Translations under genes and position numbers: made by a program
Source: Candidatus Aenigmatarchaeota archaeon
GTDB taxonomy: Archaea; Aenigmatarchaeota; Aenigmatarchaeia; CG10238-14; SCSR01
Reading direction: 5' to 3'
DNA length: 64,000 nucleotides
NCBI GenBank assembly: GCA_016181005.1
Contig: JACPAE010000004.1
Location: forward strand, 5,078-69,077
The notes under the pieces: generated by a model
Database searches by the model: none
Seen by the model: only the letters and a program-made list of their open reading frames with translations
What the model was told of the DNA's origin: nothing
In this document: piece after piece, positions 39,184 to 48,259 of the stretch
How the letters are laid out: every line of letters starts with the position of its first letter
How positions within the stretch are numbered: position 1 is the stretch's first letter

Positions 39184-39272
39184 AGCCCTTGTAGCTCAGC
39201 CTGGATACGAATAGCCAAAAAGAGCAGCTCCCTTCTAAGGAGAAGGTCGTGGGTTCGAATCCCTCCGAGGGC
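39184..39272 (+). tRNA. tRNA-Arg(UCU) with a 14-nt intron in the D-loop
   Basis: Cloverleaf parts:
- Acceptor GCCCUUG/CGAGGGC.
- D stem GCUC/GAGC.
- Anticodon arm (G)CUCC-CUUCUAA-GGAG(A).
- T arm GUGGG-UUCGAAU-CCCUC, with one U-U mismatch.

The D-loop is 24 nt unless 39206-39219 is removed, which gives AGCCUGGAUA. This is nearly the same D-loop as in the other tRNA-Arg. Confidence 0.8.
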
Positions 39273-39308
39273 ATCACTTTTAAGCAAACAAAACAAAAGG
39301 TAATTAGC

Positions 39309-40067
39309 ATGACACGATTAATCTCCATAGCTTCGGGTAAAGGCGGCGTGGGGAAGACTACACTTGTCTCCAGCTTGTCATTCGCATTAACGGAATTGGG
39401 CAAGGATGTCACTGCTATAGACGCGAACATAACAACACCACACCTGGGTCTGCATCTAGGTTTCCATTCCGCGCCGAAGAACCTGCACGATTTTCTCAGG
39501 GGCAGCGCAAAGATGAAGGAAATTATTTATCACCATCCTTTTGGATTCAAGATTATACCTGCCAGTTTGTCTGTGAATGACTTGGTTGGTGTAAATGGCG
39601 ATAAGCTTCAAAGTCTGACGATGAATCTGATTGGGAGCACCGACTTTATTCTGCTGGATTCAGCACCGTCGTTGGGAAGGGAAGCTACATTGTCATTAAA
39701 CTCATCCGATGAATTGCTTCTTTTAACTAATCCGAATCTACCCGCGGTTTTGGATATTCTCAAAGTTGCAAAAGTCGCTGAGAAGATGAACAAGATAATT
39801 CTTGGCATTGTCGTTAACAGGGTTACAGGAAAGAATAACGAGCTGTCTATTAAGGAAATAGAGGACATTGTAAAGTATCCTGTGATAGCAAAGATTCCCG
39901 AGGACGAGAATGTGCAAAAGTCTTTGGCGGCTAGAACTTCAGTAATAGATTACAGTCCTAACTCTCGTGCGGCTGTAGAGGTTAGAAGATTGGCGCATTA
40001 TCTAGTCGGGAAGGATTTTGATTACACGCAAAGTTTGTGGGACAAAGTTTTCAACTGGTTTAGATAA
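39309..40067 (+). CDS. minD: MinD/ParA-family P-loop ATPase
   Basis: Deviant Walker A SGKGGVGKTT. The ORF-track start at 39249 overlaps the tRNA; the first plausible ATG is 39309 (MTRLISIASGKGG). Confidence 0.8.
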   Translation: MTRLISIASGKGGVGKTTLVSSLSFALTELGKDVTAIDANITTPHLGLHLGFHSAPKNLHDFLRGSAKMKEIIYHHPFGFKIIPASLSVNDLVGVNGDKLQSLTMNLIGSTDFILLDSAPSLGREATLSLNSSDELLLLTNPNLPAVLDILKVAKVAEKMNKIILGIVVNRVTGKNNELSIKEIEDIVKYPVIAKIPEDENVQKSLAARTSVIDYSPNSRAAVEVRRLAHYLVGKDFDYTQSLWDKVFNWFR

Positions 40068-40075
40068 TTAAGTTG

Positions 40076-40441
40076 TCACTGCCTTTGATATGTGGAATGT
40101 CCAAGACTAGACACTCTTCTTCCAAATGATCGCCAGAAATATTGAAGCGTGTCAACTAGTCCACCAGAAATCATTCCTAATTCAGCGCCTGCAGCAGTAT
40201 AGCCAGCAAAAATTGCTGTTGTCGTTTGAATATCTCCACCTGATGTCTTGGCTAAAATAGCACCAGCTAAACTGCCGATACAGACTCCTGTAACATAGCC
40301 ATAAGCACTTCCTCTAATCACATGCTTGGGGGCGTTTATTAAATATAGGAAGACATTTCTAAATGAATCTGAATACCCAACTCTATCAAGATCATGAGCA
40401 GGATTCAATTCCCTTGCAAGTACACTGATAAACCTCATCAA
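40076..40441 (-). CDS. Small glycine-zipper membrane protein, unknown function
   Basis: GxxxG-rich hydrophobic segments (GSLAGAILAKTSGG, AGYTAAGAELGMISGG). Confidence 0.35.
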   Translation of the reverse strand: MMRFISVLARELNPAHDLDRVGYSDSFRNVFLYLINAPKHVIRGSAYGYVTGVCIGSLAGAILAKTSGGDIQTTTAIFAGYTAAGAELGMISGGLVDTLQYFWRSFGRRVSSLGHSTYQRQ

Positions 40442-40491
40442 GCAAAATTACATCTTAAAAGGATTTAAGCTTTTCTGCTATACTCATTAAT

Positions 40492-41340
40492 ATGACACAA
40501 AATGCTATAGAACAGTTTTTATGGGAAGAACTTGGATATAGAAAAATAAAGGAATTGATGGAAGGGAGAAAAGACAGAAGAGTTGGAATACGCGATTTTC
40601 TAGAAGGTACATTGTTTGCCACTTTCAAACCTTTTACATGGTCTGGAATTAATCAGGTAAGGGTTACAATGCCGGCAGTACCACGAATTCATACTATCGA
40701 CGAGTTTAAACTTTCTGGCGGCTATCCTATAGGATTTCAACAAGATTTATTGGGCACGGTGTTAAACTATCCATTTTTCACTCAAAGCATGGGGTTCCTC
40801 CACCAACGACCCCACCAACGACGTAACGAAATGGTAGAATATTTACAGAATCTGGGCAGAAGATTGTTCCCAAATGCAGAAGTATCTTTCAGGAAATCTC
40901 GTGGTATCCTGACTACCGGCATAATTCTTGATGAAGACTTTTACTTCAGTTTAGTATTCCCTTCTCACACCACAGCGTTTGATACGTATTTCAAAGTGAA
41001 TCCAGATATGGTGACCGACATAAATAGAATTGTATCTAGATATCATTTCCTTAGTAATAGAAAAAGGACAGATTACGGGCCTAGCCAAATATATACTCAG
41101 ATACCTGAATTAGATTTGGTTAGCATGATTGGCACAAAACCTGATGATGAGTTATTGGCTACAGTTTCGAGTGTTGAAAATTTAAGATATTCTCCAGAAT
41201 CATCTTATAGAACAGGCCAAGTAATTAACCACAATAGATGGGGCCCAGGCATTATACAAGAGACACACGAAAACCATTTTACTGTGTATTTTCCTGCATT
41301 GGGAGTAACCAAGAATCTAATACATAATTACAAAAGCTAA
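40492..41340 (+). CDS. Hypothetical protein
   Basis: 282-aa ORF with its own AT-rich upstream region. The C-terminal GQVINHNRWGPGIIQE...FTVYFPALGVTKNL weakly resembles a Tudor/SH3-like fold. Confidence 0.4.
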   Translation: MTQNAIEQFLWEELGYRKIKELMEGRKDRRVGIRDFLEGTLFATFKPFTWSGINQVRVTMPAVPRIHTIDEFKLSGGYPIGFQQDLLGTVLNYPFFTQSMGFLHQRPHQRRNEMVEYLQNLGRRLFPNAEVSFRKSRGILTTGIILDEDFYFSLVFPSHTTAFDTYFKVNPDMVTDINRIVSRYHFLSNRKRTDYGPSQIYTQIPELDLVSMIGTKPDDELLATVSSVENLRYSPESSYRTGQVINHNRWGPGIIQETHENHFTVYFPALGVTKNLIHNYKS

Positions 41341-41365
41341 TTTTCGAATTTAATATTTAGGATAA

Positions 41366-42991
41366 TTATAAGCTAATCTCGAATGCAGCACAAGGCATTT
41401 CCAAACCCCAGTTTTCCAAAACTTGCGGATGCAATTCGCCAAAATGGCCTATGACTTTATTTTCCACCAAAATGTTAGCCTGCCTGCCCAGGATAAATGC
41501 CGTGCTTGATGCCTCTTCCAGCTTGTAGTCCACGCTCATCTGCTTCATCAAAGTCTCTGCAACAGCTTTTGCATCCGTGTAACTTGCTTTAGAATGCGAC
41601 ATGATAAATGCAACTTTTCTGACAGTTTTCGCCTTTATCTCTTCATTATCATCCGGAACAACAACATCACCGACCTCGAAAACATTCTGGGGATAGTCGA
41701 CATGCTTGTTGACCGAAAGAACTTTCATCAAACTCGGCACAATCCAATTTCTCAAGCATACATAATCCTCGGAGACAGGATTTTCCAATTCTATTACATT
41801 CTCCCGTTCAACGTTCATTTTCTCAAACAAATCCCTATGGTTTGTAAGAACCGGCCTTATCAATTCCTGAAAGCCGAATCCTGTCAAAAGATGCCTGTAT
41901 TTGGCGGAAGTCTTTTCTATGGGATGCGACTTGCCCACTGTCGCGATGTTCGGTAGCTCCGGCGTGAAGTTATTGAAGCCGTATCCAATGGCGACATCTT
42001 CGATCAAGTCAATCTTGTGCAGAATGTCTGTCCTGTAGGAAGGTATGTAAACTCTAAGAGTTCCCTTGCTTTCTGTAACATCATATCCCATCCTTTGCAG
42101 AATTGCTACAGCATCTACCTTCTTCAAGTCCAGCCCGATCCATTTGTTTATTTCCTCCAATGTTATGTCAAGGAAAGTAGGATTTAGATCAGGCGTGATT
42201 TCAGGCCGTTCTCCATGAAATATTTTCACAGCTTCAATCACGCACCCACGCTCGGCGAAGTTGGTCACAAGTATGTTGAGAGTCTGCAAGACAGACTCCT
42301 TATCCAACCCAGTAAGCTCTACAAACAAAGTCTTCGTTTCTTCCGTTACCCTTGTCCTATCCGAATTTATTATCGGTGGAAAACTGAAGACGCCTTTAGC
42401 ATCAGTATAAACAGGATATTTCTTCGCACCTTCAAGTATATGTCCATATTCCTTCCCCTTCGGTATTTTATCAAATACCTCGCTTAGGTTCATTTCCTCA
42501 TCAGTGTCCAACGGAACTATCTTCGCATCTGGATTTGCGTCAGTGTAACTTATGGGCTGGATTATTTTGTCAAAATCATGTATACCAATCGCAACTTTCT
42601 TCCTCTTCCTTCCTATAGTCTCCGCAAGAACTTCCTGTATGTTCATCAGACTTTTTATGAAGGCATCAGTCATCGTGACGTTCCTGACAACAGCCGCCGC
42701 AATATAAGGCCGAATATCTACTGTTCCAGCTTTGATTTGGACTTTGGGATTCTCCGCCTTGTGCTTCTTCAAACCAATAATTAATCCAAGATACTGCTTT
42801 ATTGCCCTTGCAAGCCCTTCAATGCCATAAAGGTCAGGCCTGTCAGGCGTAAGCTCGAGCGTGATTTCATCCTCTTTCATCGCCTCGACATTCGGCTTGA
42901 TTAGATGAATAACTTCTTCCAACTGCTCGTCAGAAAGATCCTTTCCGATCAAGTTGAGCAAATCTCTCTTGTCATAAGTTATTGTCGGCAT
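41366..42991 (-). CDS. pheT: Phenylalanyl-tRNA synthetase beta subunit
   Basis: MPTITYDKRDLLNLIGK archaeal PheT N-terminus. B3/4 and B5 domains. The start overlaps the pheS stop by 1 nt. Confidence 0.9.
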   Translation of the reverse strand: MPTITYDKRDLLNLIGKDLSDEQLEEVIHLIKPNVEAMKEDEITLELTPDRPDLYGIEGLARAIKQYLGLIIGLKKHKAENPKVQIKAGTVDIRPYIAAAVVRNVTMTDAFIKSLMNIQEVLAETIGRKRKKVAIGIHDFDKIIQPISYTDANPDAKIVPLDTDEEMNLSEVFDKIPKGKEYGHILEGAKKYPVYTDAKGVFSFPPIINSDRTRVTEETKTLFVELTGLDKESVLQTLNILVTNFAERGCVIEAVKIFHGERPEITPDLNPTFLDITLEEINKWIGLDLKKVDAVAILQRMGYDVTESKGTLRVYIPSYRTDILHKIDLIEDVAIGYGFNNFTPELPNIATVGKSHPIEKTSAKYRHLLTGFGFQELIRPVLTNHRDLFEKMNVERENVIELENPVSEDYVCLRNWIVPSLMKVLSVNKHVDYPQNVFEVGDVVVPDDNEEIKAKTVRKVAFIMSHSKASYTDAKAVAETLMKQMSVDYKLEEASSTAFILGRQANILVENKVIGHFGELHPQVLENWGLEMPCAAFEISL

Positions 42992-44256
42992 TACATCACC
43001 ATTTCCTTTTCCCTCAGCCAGTCTATCTTGTCGGAGAACAGATAGCGGATATCGTTTATTCCGAGCTTGAGCATCGCTAGTCTTCCGAGGCCAAGTCCCC
43101 ATGCAAGCACAGGAGCTTCAACGCCAAGCGGCAAAGTGACTTCCGGCCTGAATATTCCAGAACCGCCGGCCTCAACCCATCCCAAGTCATTAAAGTATAC
43201 GAACAACTCGGTCGAAAATTCGGTGAACGGGAAGTAGCTCGGCTTGAACCTAACCTTCTCAGCACCGATAGTCAATGCGAACTCCTTCAAGTATCCAAGC
43301 AAATGTCTGAATGTCAATTCTTCGCCAACCACAATTCCCTCGCATTGGTCGAACTCTATGAAATGTTTTGCATCGATAACATCCGGCCTGAACACGTGAT
43401 CGATAACGAACATCTTGTGCGGTAAATTTTCTTTCTTTAGATTTGCCAGCGTTCTTGCTGACACAGCAGTAGTCTGGCTCCTGAGAATCAACCTTCTTGC
43501 AAGCTGCGCGTCCCATACCCCCCAGCCTTTGCTTCCTGTTACCCACCCTTTCTTATGCGTTTCCTCAACACGCTTCCACAAGCTCTCGTCCTTGACAGCG
43601 CCTTCTCTAGGCTCCTTGACCATGTAAATGTCGTGTATCCCCCGTGCAGGATGGTCGCTGGGCATGAACAATGCGTCCGCGTTCCAAAAGTTCAACTCAA
43701 CTAATGGGCCTTTCGCCTCCACAAAACCTAATCCAATTAGCTTTTCCCTGATTTCTTCAATCACTTGCCTGTAAGGATGGAGCTTCCCCGGATAGACTTT
43801 TGACACAGGCACATCAACATCATATTTCTTGAACTTGACCTGCTTCCATAATCCAGACTTGAGCAACTGTGGTGTCAGGTTTGTAATTTCCTTGCCAACA
43901 AGCTTGTCGGCCTCGCTTGTGACAACTTTTCTTATCAGCTTTCGTTGCAGCAGTTTTTCAATTAGTTCTTTGTCAACTTCTTCGCCTTTGTCGATTTTTT
44001 CCAGCGCGGCCTGTTCAGGAATTTCCTTCGGGTAAGTTCCCAATACAAGGTCCTTTCCAAATGACTTGGCCCACTTGTTCTTCAGCGCCCACTGAAGGGC
44101 TATGAAAAAGTTGTCCACGCTTTTCTTGGCGTCGTCGAAGGGCATCGACTTCAACGGCTGTTTCTTTAGGATGTCCAGAAGCTGCTTCTCTGGAAGACCT
44201 TTTTTCAGATAGTCACGCCCTTCCTCTGTCAACTCGTACTTTTTCATAACTATCAT
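42991..44256 (-). CDS. pheS: Phenylalanyl-tRNA synthetase alpha subunit
   Basis: Class II motifs (HPARGIHDIYM, FRPDVIDAKHFIEFDQCEG, GSGIFRPEV). Confidence 0.9.
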   Translation of the reverse strand: MIVMKKYELTEEGRDYLKKGLPEKQLLDILKKQPLKSMPFDDAKKSVDNFFIALQWALKNKWAKSFGKDLVLGTYPKEIPEQAALEKIDKGEEVDKELIEKLLQRKLIRKVVTSEADKLVGKEITNLTPQLLKSGLWKQVKFKKYDVDVPVSKVYPGKLHPYRQVIEEIREKLIGLGFVEAKGPLVELNFWNADALFMPSDHPARGIHDIYMVKEPREGAVKDESLWKRVEETHKKGWVTGSKGWGVWDAQLARRLILRSQTTAVSARTLANLKKENLPHKMFVIDHVFRPDVIDAKHFIEFDQCEGIVVGEELTFRHLLGYLKEFALTIGAEKVRFKPSYFPFTEFSTELFVYFNDLGWVEAGGSGIFRPEVTLPLGVEAPVLAWGLGLGRLAMLKLGINDIRYLFSDKIDWLREKEMVM

Positions 44257-44270
44257 TTGGTTTTCAATTT

Positions 44271-44453
44271 TTAAGTTCCAGCAACCTCGTCATAAACTTT
44301 GGCATTCTTGTATGTGGTACAGTCTCTGTAGGTTTGGTATAACCTTGTCCAATCGTAAGCTTCTCCACACAGCAGTCTTACATCCGGCTCTTTGCCCATC
44401 AGTTCGCATATGCCGTTTTTGTATTTAGGACAAATCTCTGAACCGTCTTTCAC
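44271..44453 (-). CDS. Small Cys-containing protein, unknown function
   Basis: 60-aa GTG-start ORF, 14 nt upstream of pheS on the same strand, with 4 Cys. Confidence 0.3.
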   Translation of the reverse strand: MKDGSEICPKYKNGICELMGKEPDVRLLCGEAYDWTRLYQTYRDCTTYKNAKVYDEVAGT

Positions 44454-44579
44454 CAGTCATCCAGACTCGCCTCGAATTAAATCCACAGAAACAGAACTAG
44501 ACAAAATAGTCCAATTCAGCAAGTAAATTGGTACGGCATCACAATCTTACTTTTATTATGCAGTCAAAACTTATAAACT

Positions 44580-45668
44580 TTACTTGATTAAAAATTTCTC
44601 AGTCTGACTTTTTGCCTTTGCTCTTTTCCTCTGATGCCCGGTCAGGAATTTCTTAACCTTCTCTGCAAGATAGTGTTTCACTTCACCAGAAGTCATCTTA
44701 CCGCTTCTAAACTCGTCAAATATTTTTTTAATTCTCTTGTCGTCTTCCTCGAACATGTAGTAAAGGTACTGACATGCGACATCTATGTCAGGATTGCCAC
44801 CGACTTTCCTATGCTCCTCCAAAGTCCTGGCTCCTCCAGAGAAGGCTCCCATTATTTTCTTTTCCGCGACTTCCGGTTTGTCGGTAAGATAAATGCATGT
44901 CTCTGGCTTGCTCCCAGACATCTTTCCTCCCTGCAGGCCGGGCATGAATGTGTGGTAAGTTGATGAAGGCTTGACATAGCCAAGCTTGTCCGCTATGTCC
45001 CTGACCAAGCGCATGTAGGGATCCTGGTCAATTCCTATATTCACAACTGTCGGCCTTGTTCCTCCATATTCCTCCAACTGTGGAAGCAGTATATGTGCCG
45101 ACTGCATTACCGAGTAAAATATCTGTCCAGGGTTGGTGTCATTGTTAAAGCCGAATATGGCTTTGACTGAGGAGAATGTTGTTTTTGTAGACATCTTGAC
45201 TGCAAGCTCGTAAACTTTCGCAAGCTTTGTCGAAAGGAAAATCTTCGTCTTTTTCCTGTCAAACCCAAGCGCAATTATAGTCGGAATCACGTGTTCGTAT
45301 GCGTTTTTAGTAGCTTCGTCCACAGTCTGTGCTTTCTTGAAAACATAAGTCTCGTCATTGGAAATCGGTATGAAAACTTCAGCACCGTTCTTCTGAAAGA
45401 ACAAAGCTTCCTGCAAAACCATCAAATTTCCTAAATGTAGAGGACCAGAAGGGTTGAATCCAGTTAGAACTGCAAACGGCTTTTTGCCTTTAATTGCATT
45501 GAAGACGGACCCAAAATCACGATGACCGAACACAACTCCTCTCCGATAAAGAGTATCAAGATTTTTCATCTGCTTCAAGTAACTGTCAATCTTCTCTATC
45601 CCAAACTCCTTCATAGTCTCCTCATAGTTCACCTCGCCTTCTACGTTGTCAACAGCTATCTTGGCCAT
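44580..45668 (-). CDS. trpS: Tryptophanyl-tRNA synthetase (archaeal/eukaryal type)
   Basis: PSGPLHLGNLM (HIGH-like), GIDQDPYMRLVRD, KMSGSKP (KMSKS-like), AFSGG...GGNPDIDV. Confidence 0.8.
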   Translation of the reverse strand: MAKIAVDNVEGEVNYEETMKEFGIEKIDSYLKQMKNLDTLYRRGVVFGHRDFGSVFNAIKGKKPFAVLTGFNPSGPLHLGNLMVLQEALFFQKNGAEVFIPISNDETYVFKKAQTVDEATKNAYEHVIPTIIALGFDRKKTKIFLSTKLAKVYELAVKMSTKTTFSSVKAIFGFNNDTNPGQIFYSVMQSAHILLPQLEEYGGTRPTVVNIGIDQDPYMRLVRDIADKLGYVKPSSTYHTFMPGLQGGKMSGSKPETCIYLTDKPEVAEKKIMGAFSGGARTLEEHRKVGGNPDIDVACQYLYYMFEEDDKRIKKIFDEFRSGKMTSGEVKHYLAEKVKKFLTGHQRKRAKAKSQTEKFLIK

Positions 45669-45781
45669 AGAATCACTTTAAGTAATTTAGAAATAGGAGT
45701 AAATAAAATCTAGGAATCACTGAAAGGTAAACCATTGGGACATACCATCTCATAATATTAAGCAAGCCAACAGATTTAAAC

Positions 45782-45789
45782 TTTATATT
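45782..45789 (+). promoter_or_regulatory. Candidate TATA box (TTTATATT) for rps6e
   Basis: Centred about 28 nt upstream of the ATG at 45813, consistent with a leaderless or short-leader archaeal transcript. Confidence 0.3.
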
Positions 45790-45812
45790 GCAATTAAGAC
45801 CTTAGTGTTTTA

Positions 45813-46229
45813 ATGGCAAACTGGAGAATCGTCATAAGCGACCCCGAGACAAGGAAATCCTACCAGAAGGAGCTTGAGGAAGACAAGGCTATTGTTCTTG
45901 TCGGAAAAAAGCTTGGTGAAGACGTTAACGGCGATATTTTTGGATTGTCAGGCTATTCCCTCAAAGTCACGGGCGGTAGCGACAGGGAAGGGTTCCCTAT
46001 GCATCCAAACCTGCCTGGCCAGGGAAAGAAGAGAATGTTGTTGACAGGTCCTCCAGGCTACCATCCTAAAATAAAGGGGCAAAGAAAAAGAAAAACAGTC
46101 CGAGGAAACACGATATCTCAATTCATAACTCAGGTCAACGTCAAGGTTGTCAAGAAGGGCGATAAACAGCTAGACGAAATTTTTGGTAAGAAGGAAGCGC
46201 CAAGCCCTCCGACAACCGAACAAAAATAA
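45813..46229 (+). CDS. rps6e: Ribosomal protein S6e
   Basis: WRIVISDPETRKSYQKELE..., GFPMHPNLPGQGKKRMLL. Confidence 0.9.
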   Translation: MANWRIVISDPETRKSYQKELEEDKAIVLVGKKLGEDVNGDIFGLSGYSLKVTGGSDREGFPMHPNLPGQGKKRMLLTGPPGYHPKIKGQRKRKTVRGNTISQFITQVNVKVVKKGDKQLDEIFGKKEAPSPPTTEQK

Positions 46230-46271
46230 CACCATTTACCATTTAAATCCTTTTCTACCGGGTAATTAATT

Positions 46272-46970
46272 ATGTCAACTAATTTACTTGTAGTCAAGTC
46301 AATGGCCGATGCTTTGGATGTTTTGTCAAAGAATGTAGTTCCTTTAGAGAAGTCTGATTTCAATGAATTAGGAGCTTATGTTTATCCCTTGCGTTCACAA
46401 GTGCAGCTGGCAGTTGAGCTGGAATTAGACGGGAAACCTAAACAAGTTCAATTAACAAGAGAAGATGGAGTAATTATAAATCTCCGTCTCCCAGACGAAC
46501 TGGAACTGTTTCAAATGCTTGAACCCAAGTATGGGCCATTAGAGCATGGCGGCATCGAGAAGCAATTGCAAGCTTGTTATCATCAAGACCAAAGATACAA
46601 AGATAATGTTTTAGTTTTAGGAAGATTCTCGGTCAGGACAGGAGAGATGGGAATAAAAACCGGGGACGGCCACGAATTTTATAGAATTATAGGAAAAGAG
46701 CCGCCAAACAGTATATCAGCAGGCGATTACGGTTATGATTTTGCAAGGCAACAAATGGTGCCTATGCCGAATAGAAGAGGCTATTTCGATCGAATAGGCA
46801 AGACGGAAGCGAAAGGCTATTGGGGTGGAGTAGACTACGAAGACGACGAGGGCAGGTCGGCAGTCAGATGCTACTGGGTCTCTGCCGAGGAGATGCTCTA
46901 CGTGAATGTGCTTAGGCCGTTGGAGAGGAGAGACACCGGTGCTGTGGCTGCGTGGAGAAAGGCAGCTTAA
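46272..46970 (+). CDS. Hypothetical protein
   Basis: 232-aa ORF between rps6e and aIF2-gamma. No motif recognised. Confidence 0.4.
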   Translation: MSTNLLVVKSMADALDVLSKNVVPLEKSDFNELGAYVYPLRSQVQLAVELELDGKPKQVQLTREDGVIINLRLPDELELFQMLEPKYGPLEHGGIEKQLQACYHQDQRYKDNVLVLGRFSVRTGEMGIKTGDGHEFYRIIGKEPPNSISAGDYGYDFARQQMVPMPNRRGYFDRIGKTEAKGYWGGVDYEDDEGRSAVRCYWVSAEEMLYVNVLRPLERRDTGAVAAWRKAA

Positions 46971-47068
46971 TTAGGCAACATTAAAAACCTTTAAATCAAT
47001 ATTTTATCCTAGCTTGGGCTGGGTGATGTAAAGTAACAAAAGAAATAAATCCGAAGCTGATACCTGAA

Positions 47069-48259
47069 GTGAACATAGGTCTTGTCGGCCACGTAAGCCA
47101 CGGCAAGACAACACTGACAAAAGCCTTGACAGGCAAGCTGACACTAGCCCATTCCGAGGAATTGAAGCGAGGAATAACAATAAGGCTAGGCTATGCAGAC
47201 GTTACAATCTACAAGTGCACCAAATGCGGAAAGCACTCGACAAATGAAAAATGTATCCACTGTTTTTCTCAAGCAGAGCCAGTGCGGACAGTAAGCTTCA
47301 TCGACGCTCCCGGCCACGAAACCCTGATGGCTACAGTGCTGACAGGCGCCAGCCTGATGGACGGCGCGATACTGCTGGTAGCTGCAAACGAGAAATGTCC
47401 GCAGCCGCAGACAAGGGAGCACTTGACGGCATTGGAAGTTGTCGGCATCAAGAACGTGATAATCGTCCAAAGCAAGATTGACATGGTGACTAGAGAGCAA
47501 GCGCTTGAAAACTACAACCAGATAAAGGAATTTGTCAATGGCACGTCCATGGAAAACGCACCAATAATTCCCATCTCGGCGCAGTACAGCGTCAACCTTG
47601 ATTACCTTTTCGAGGCGATTGAAAAAGTGATACCTACACCCCAGAGGGATTTGGAAGCAGATCCTTTGATGTATGTTGCAAGAAGCTTCGACGTGAACAA
47701 GCCAGGCTCGTCTCCCAAGGCGTTGACCGGAGGCATTGTCGGCGGCTCAGTGGTGCAGGGGAAGTTCAAGGTCGGCGATGAGATTGAGATAAAGCCAGGC
47801 GTCATGGTCAAGAGTTCCTACAAGCCCCTGACCACAATAATCACAGGTTTGAAGAAGGGAGGAATGGACTTGCCAGAGGCCGGTGCTGGCGGTTTGCTGG
47901 GACTTATGACAGACTTGGACCCAGCACTGGCAAAATCCGACGGCCTTGTCGGCAATGTCGTAGGATATCCGGGAAAATTATTGCCCCCTGTAATAAATTC
48001 GCTGACGTTAGAAATCCATTTGCTGGAAAGAGTTGTAGGCGCCAAGGAGCTCGCCTCTACAGACCCGATAAAGATGAATGAACCCCTTCTTGTAAACGTG
48101 GGCACAAGCAGATCAGTAGGAGCCGTCACCTCCATCAAAAAGGGCGCAGTTTCATTGAATCTAAAAATCCCCATCTGCGCGACAAAGCAGGATAGGATTG
48201 TAATCTCAAGACAGGTTCAAGGAAGATGGAGGCTGGTCGGCTACGGAAAATTGCTCTAG
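47069..48259 (+). CDS. eif2g: Translation initiation factor aIF2 gamma subunit
   Basis: VNIGLVGHVSHGKTTL, Zn ribbon CTKCG...CIHC, DAPGHE, QSKID. The GTG start is the first canonical start, but the N-terminus may extend upstream (see findings). Confidence 0.9.
   Translation: MNIGLVGHVSHGKTTLTKALTGKLTLAHSEELKRGITIRLGYADVTIYKCTKCGKHSTNEKCIHCFSQAEPVRTVSFIDAPGHETLMATVLTGASLMDGAILLVAANEKCPQPQTREHLTALEVVGIKNVIIVQSKIDMVTREQALENYNQIKEFVNGTSMENAPIIPISAQYSVNLDYLFEAIEKVIPTPQRDLEADPLMYVARSFDVNKPGSSPKALTGGIVGGSVVQGKFKVGDEIEIKPGVMVKSSYKPLTTIITGLKKGGMDLPEAGAGGLLGLMTDLDPALAKSDGLVGNVVGYPGKLLPPVINSLTLEIHLLERVVGAKELASTDPIKMNEPLLVNVGTSRSVGAVTSIKKGAVSLNLKIPICATKQDRIVISRQVQGRWRLVGYGKLL

Noticed and set aside
39152-39430. 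A 92-aa minus-strand ORF, and the 39249 start of the plus-strand ORF, both overlapping the tRNA-Arg(UCU) gene.
   Set aside because: Both overlap a well-formed tRNA. The MinD homology begins only at Met 39309.
44454-44579. A possible C/D-box sRNA in the trpS-pheS intergenic region (GUGAUGC ... CUGA on the minus strand).
   Set aside because: The C box is imperfect. No matching C'/D pair or terminal stem was found, and the box spacing does not fit the usual roughly 12-nt guide.
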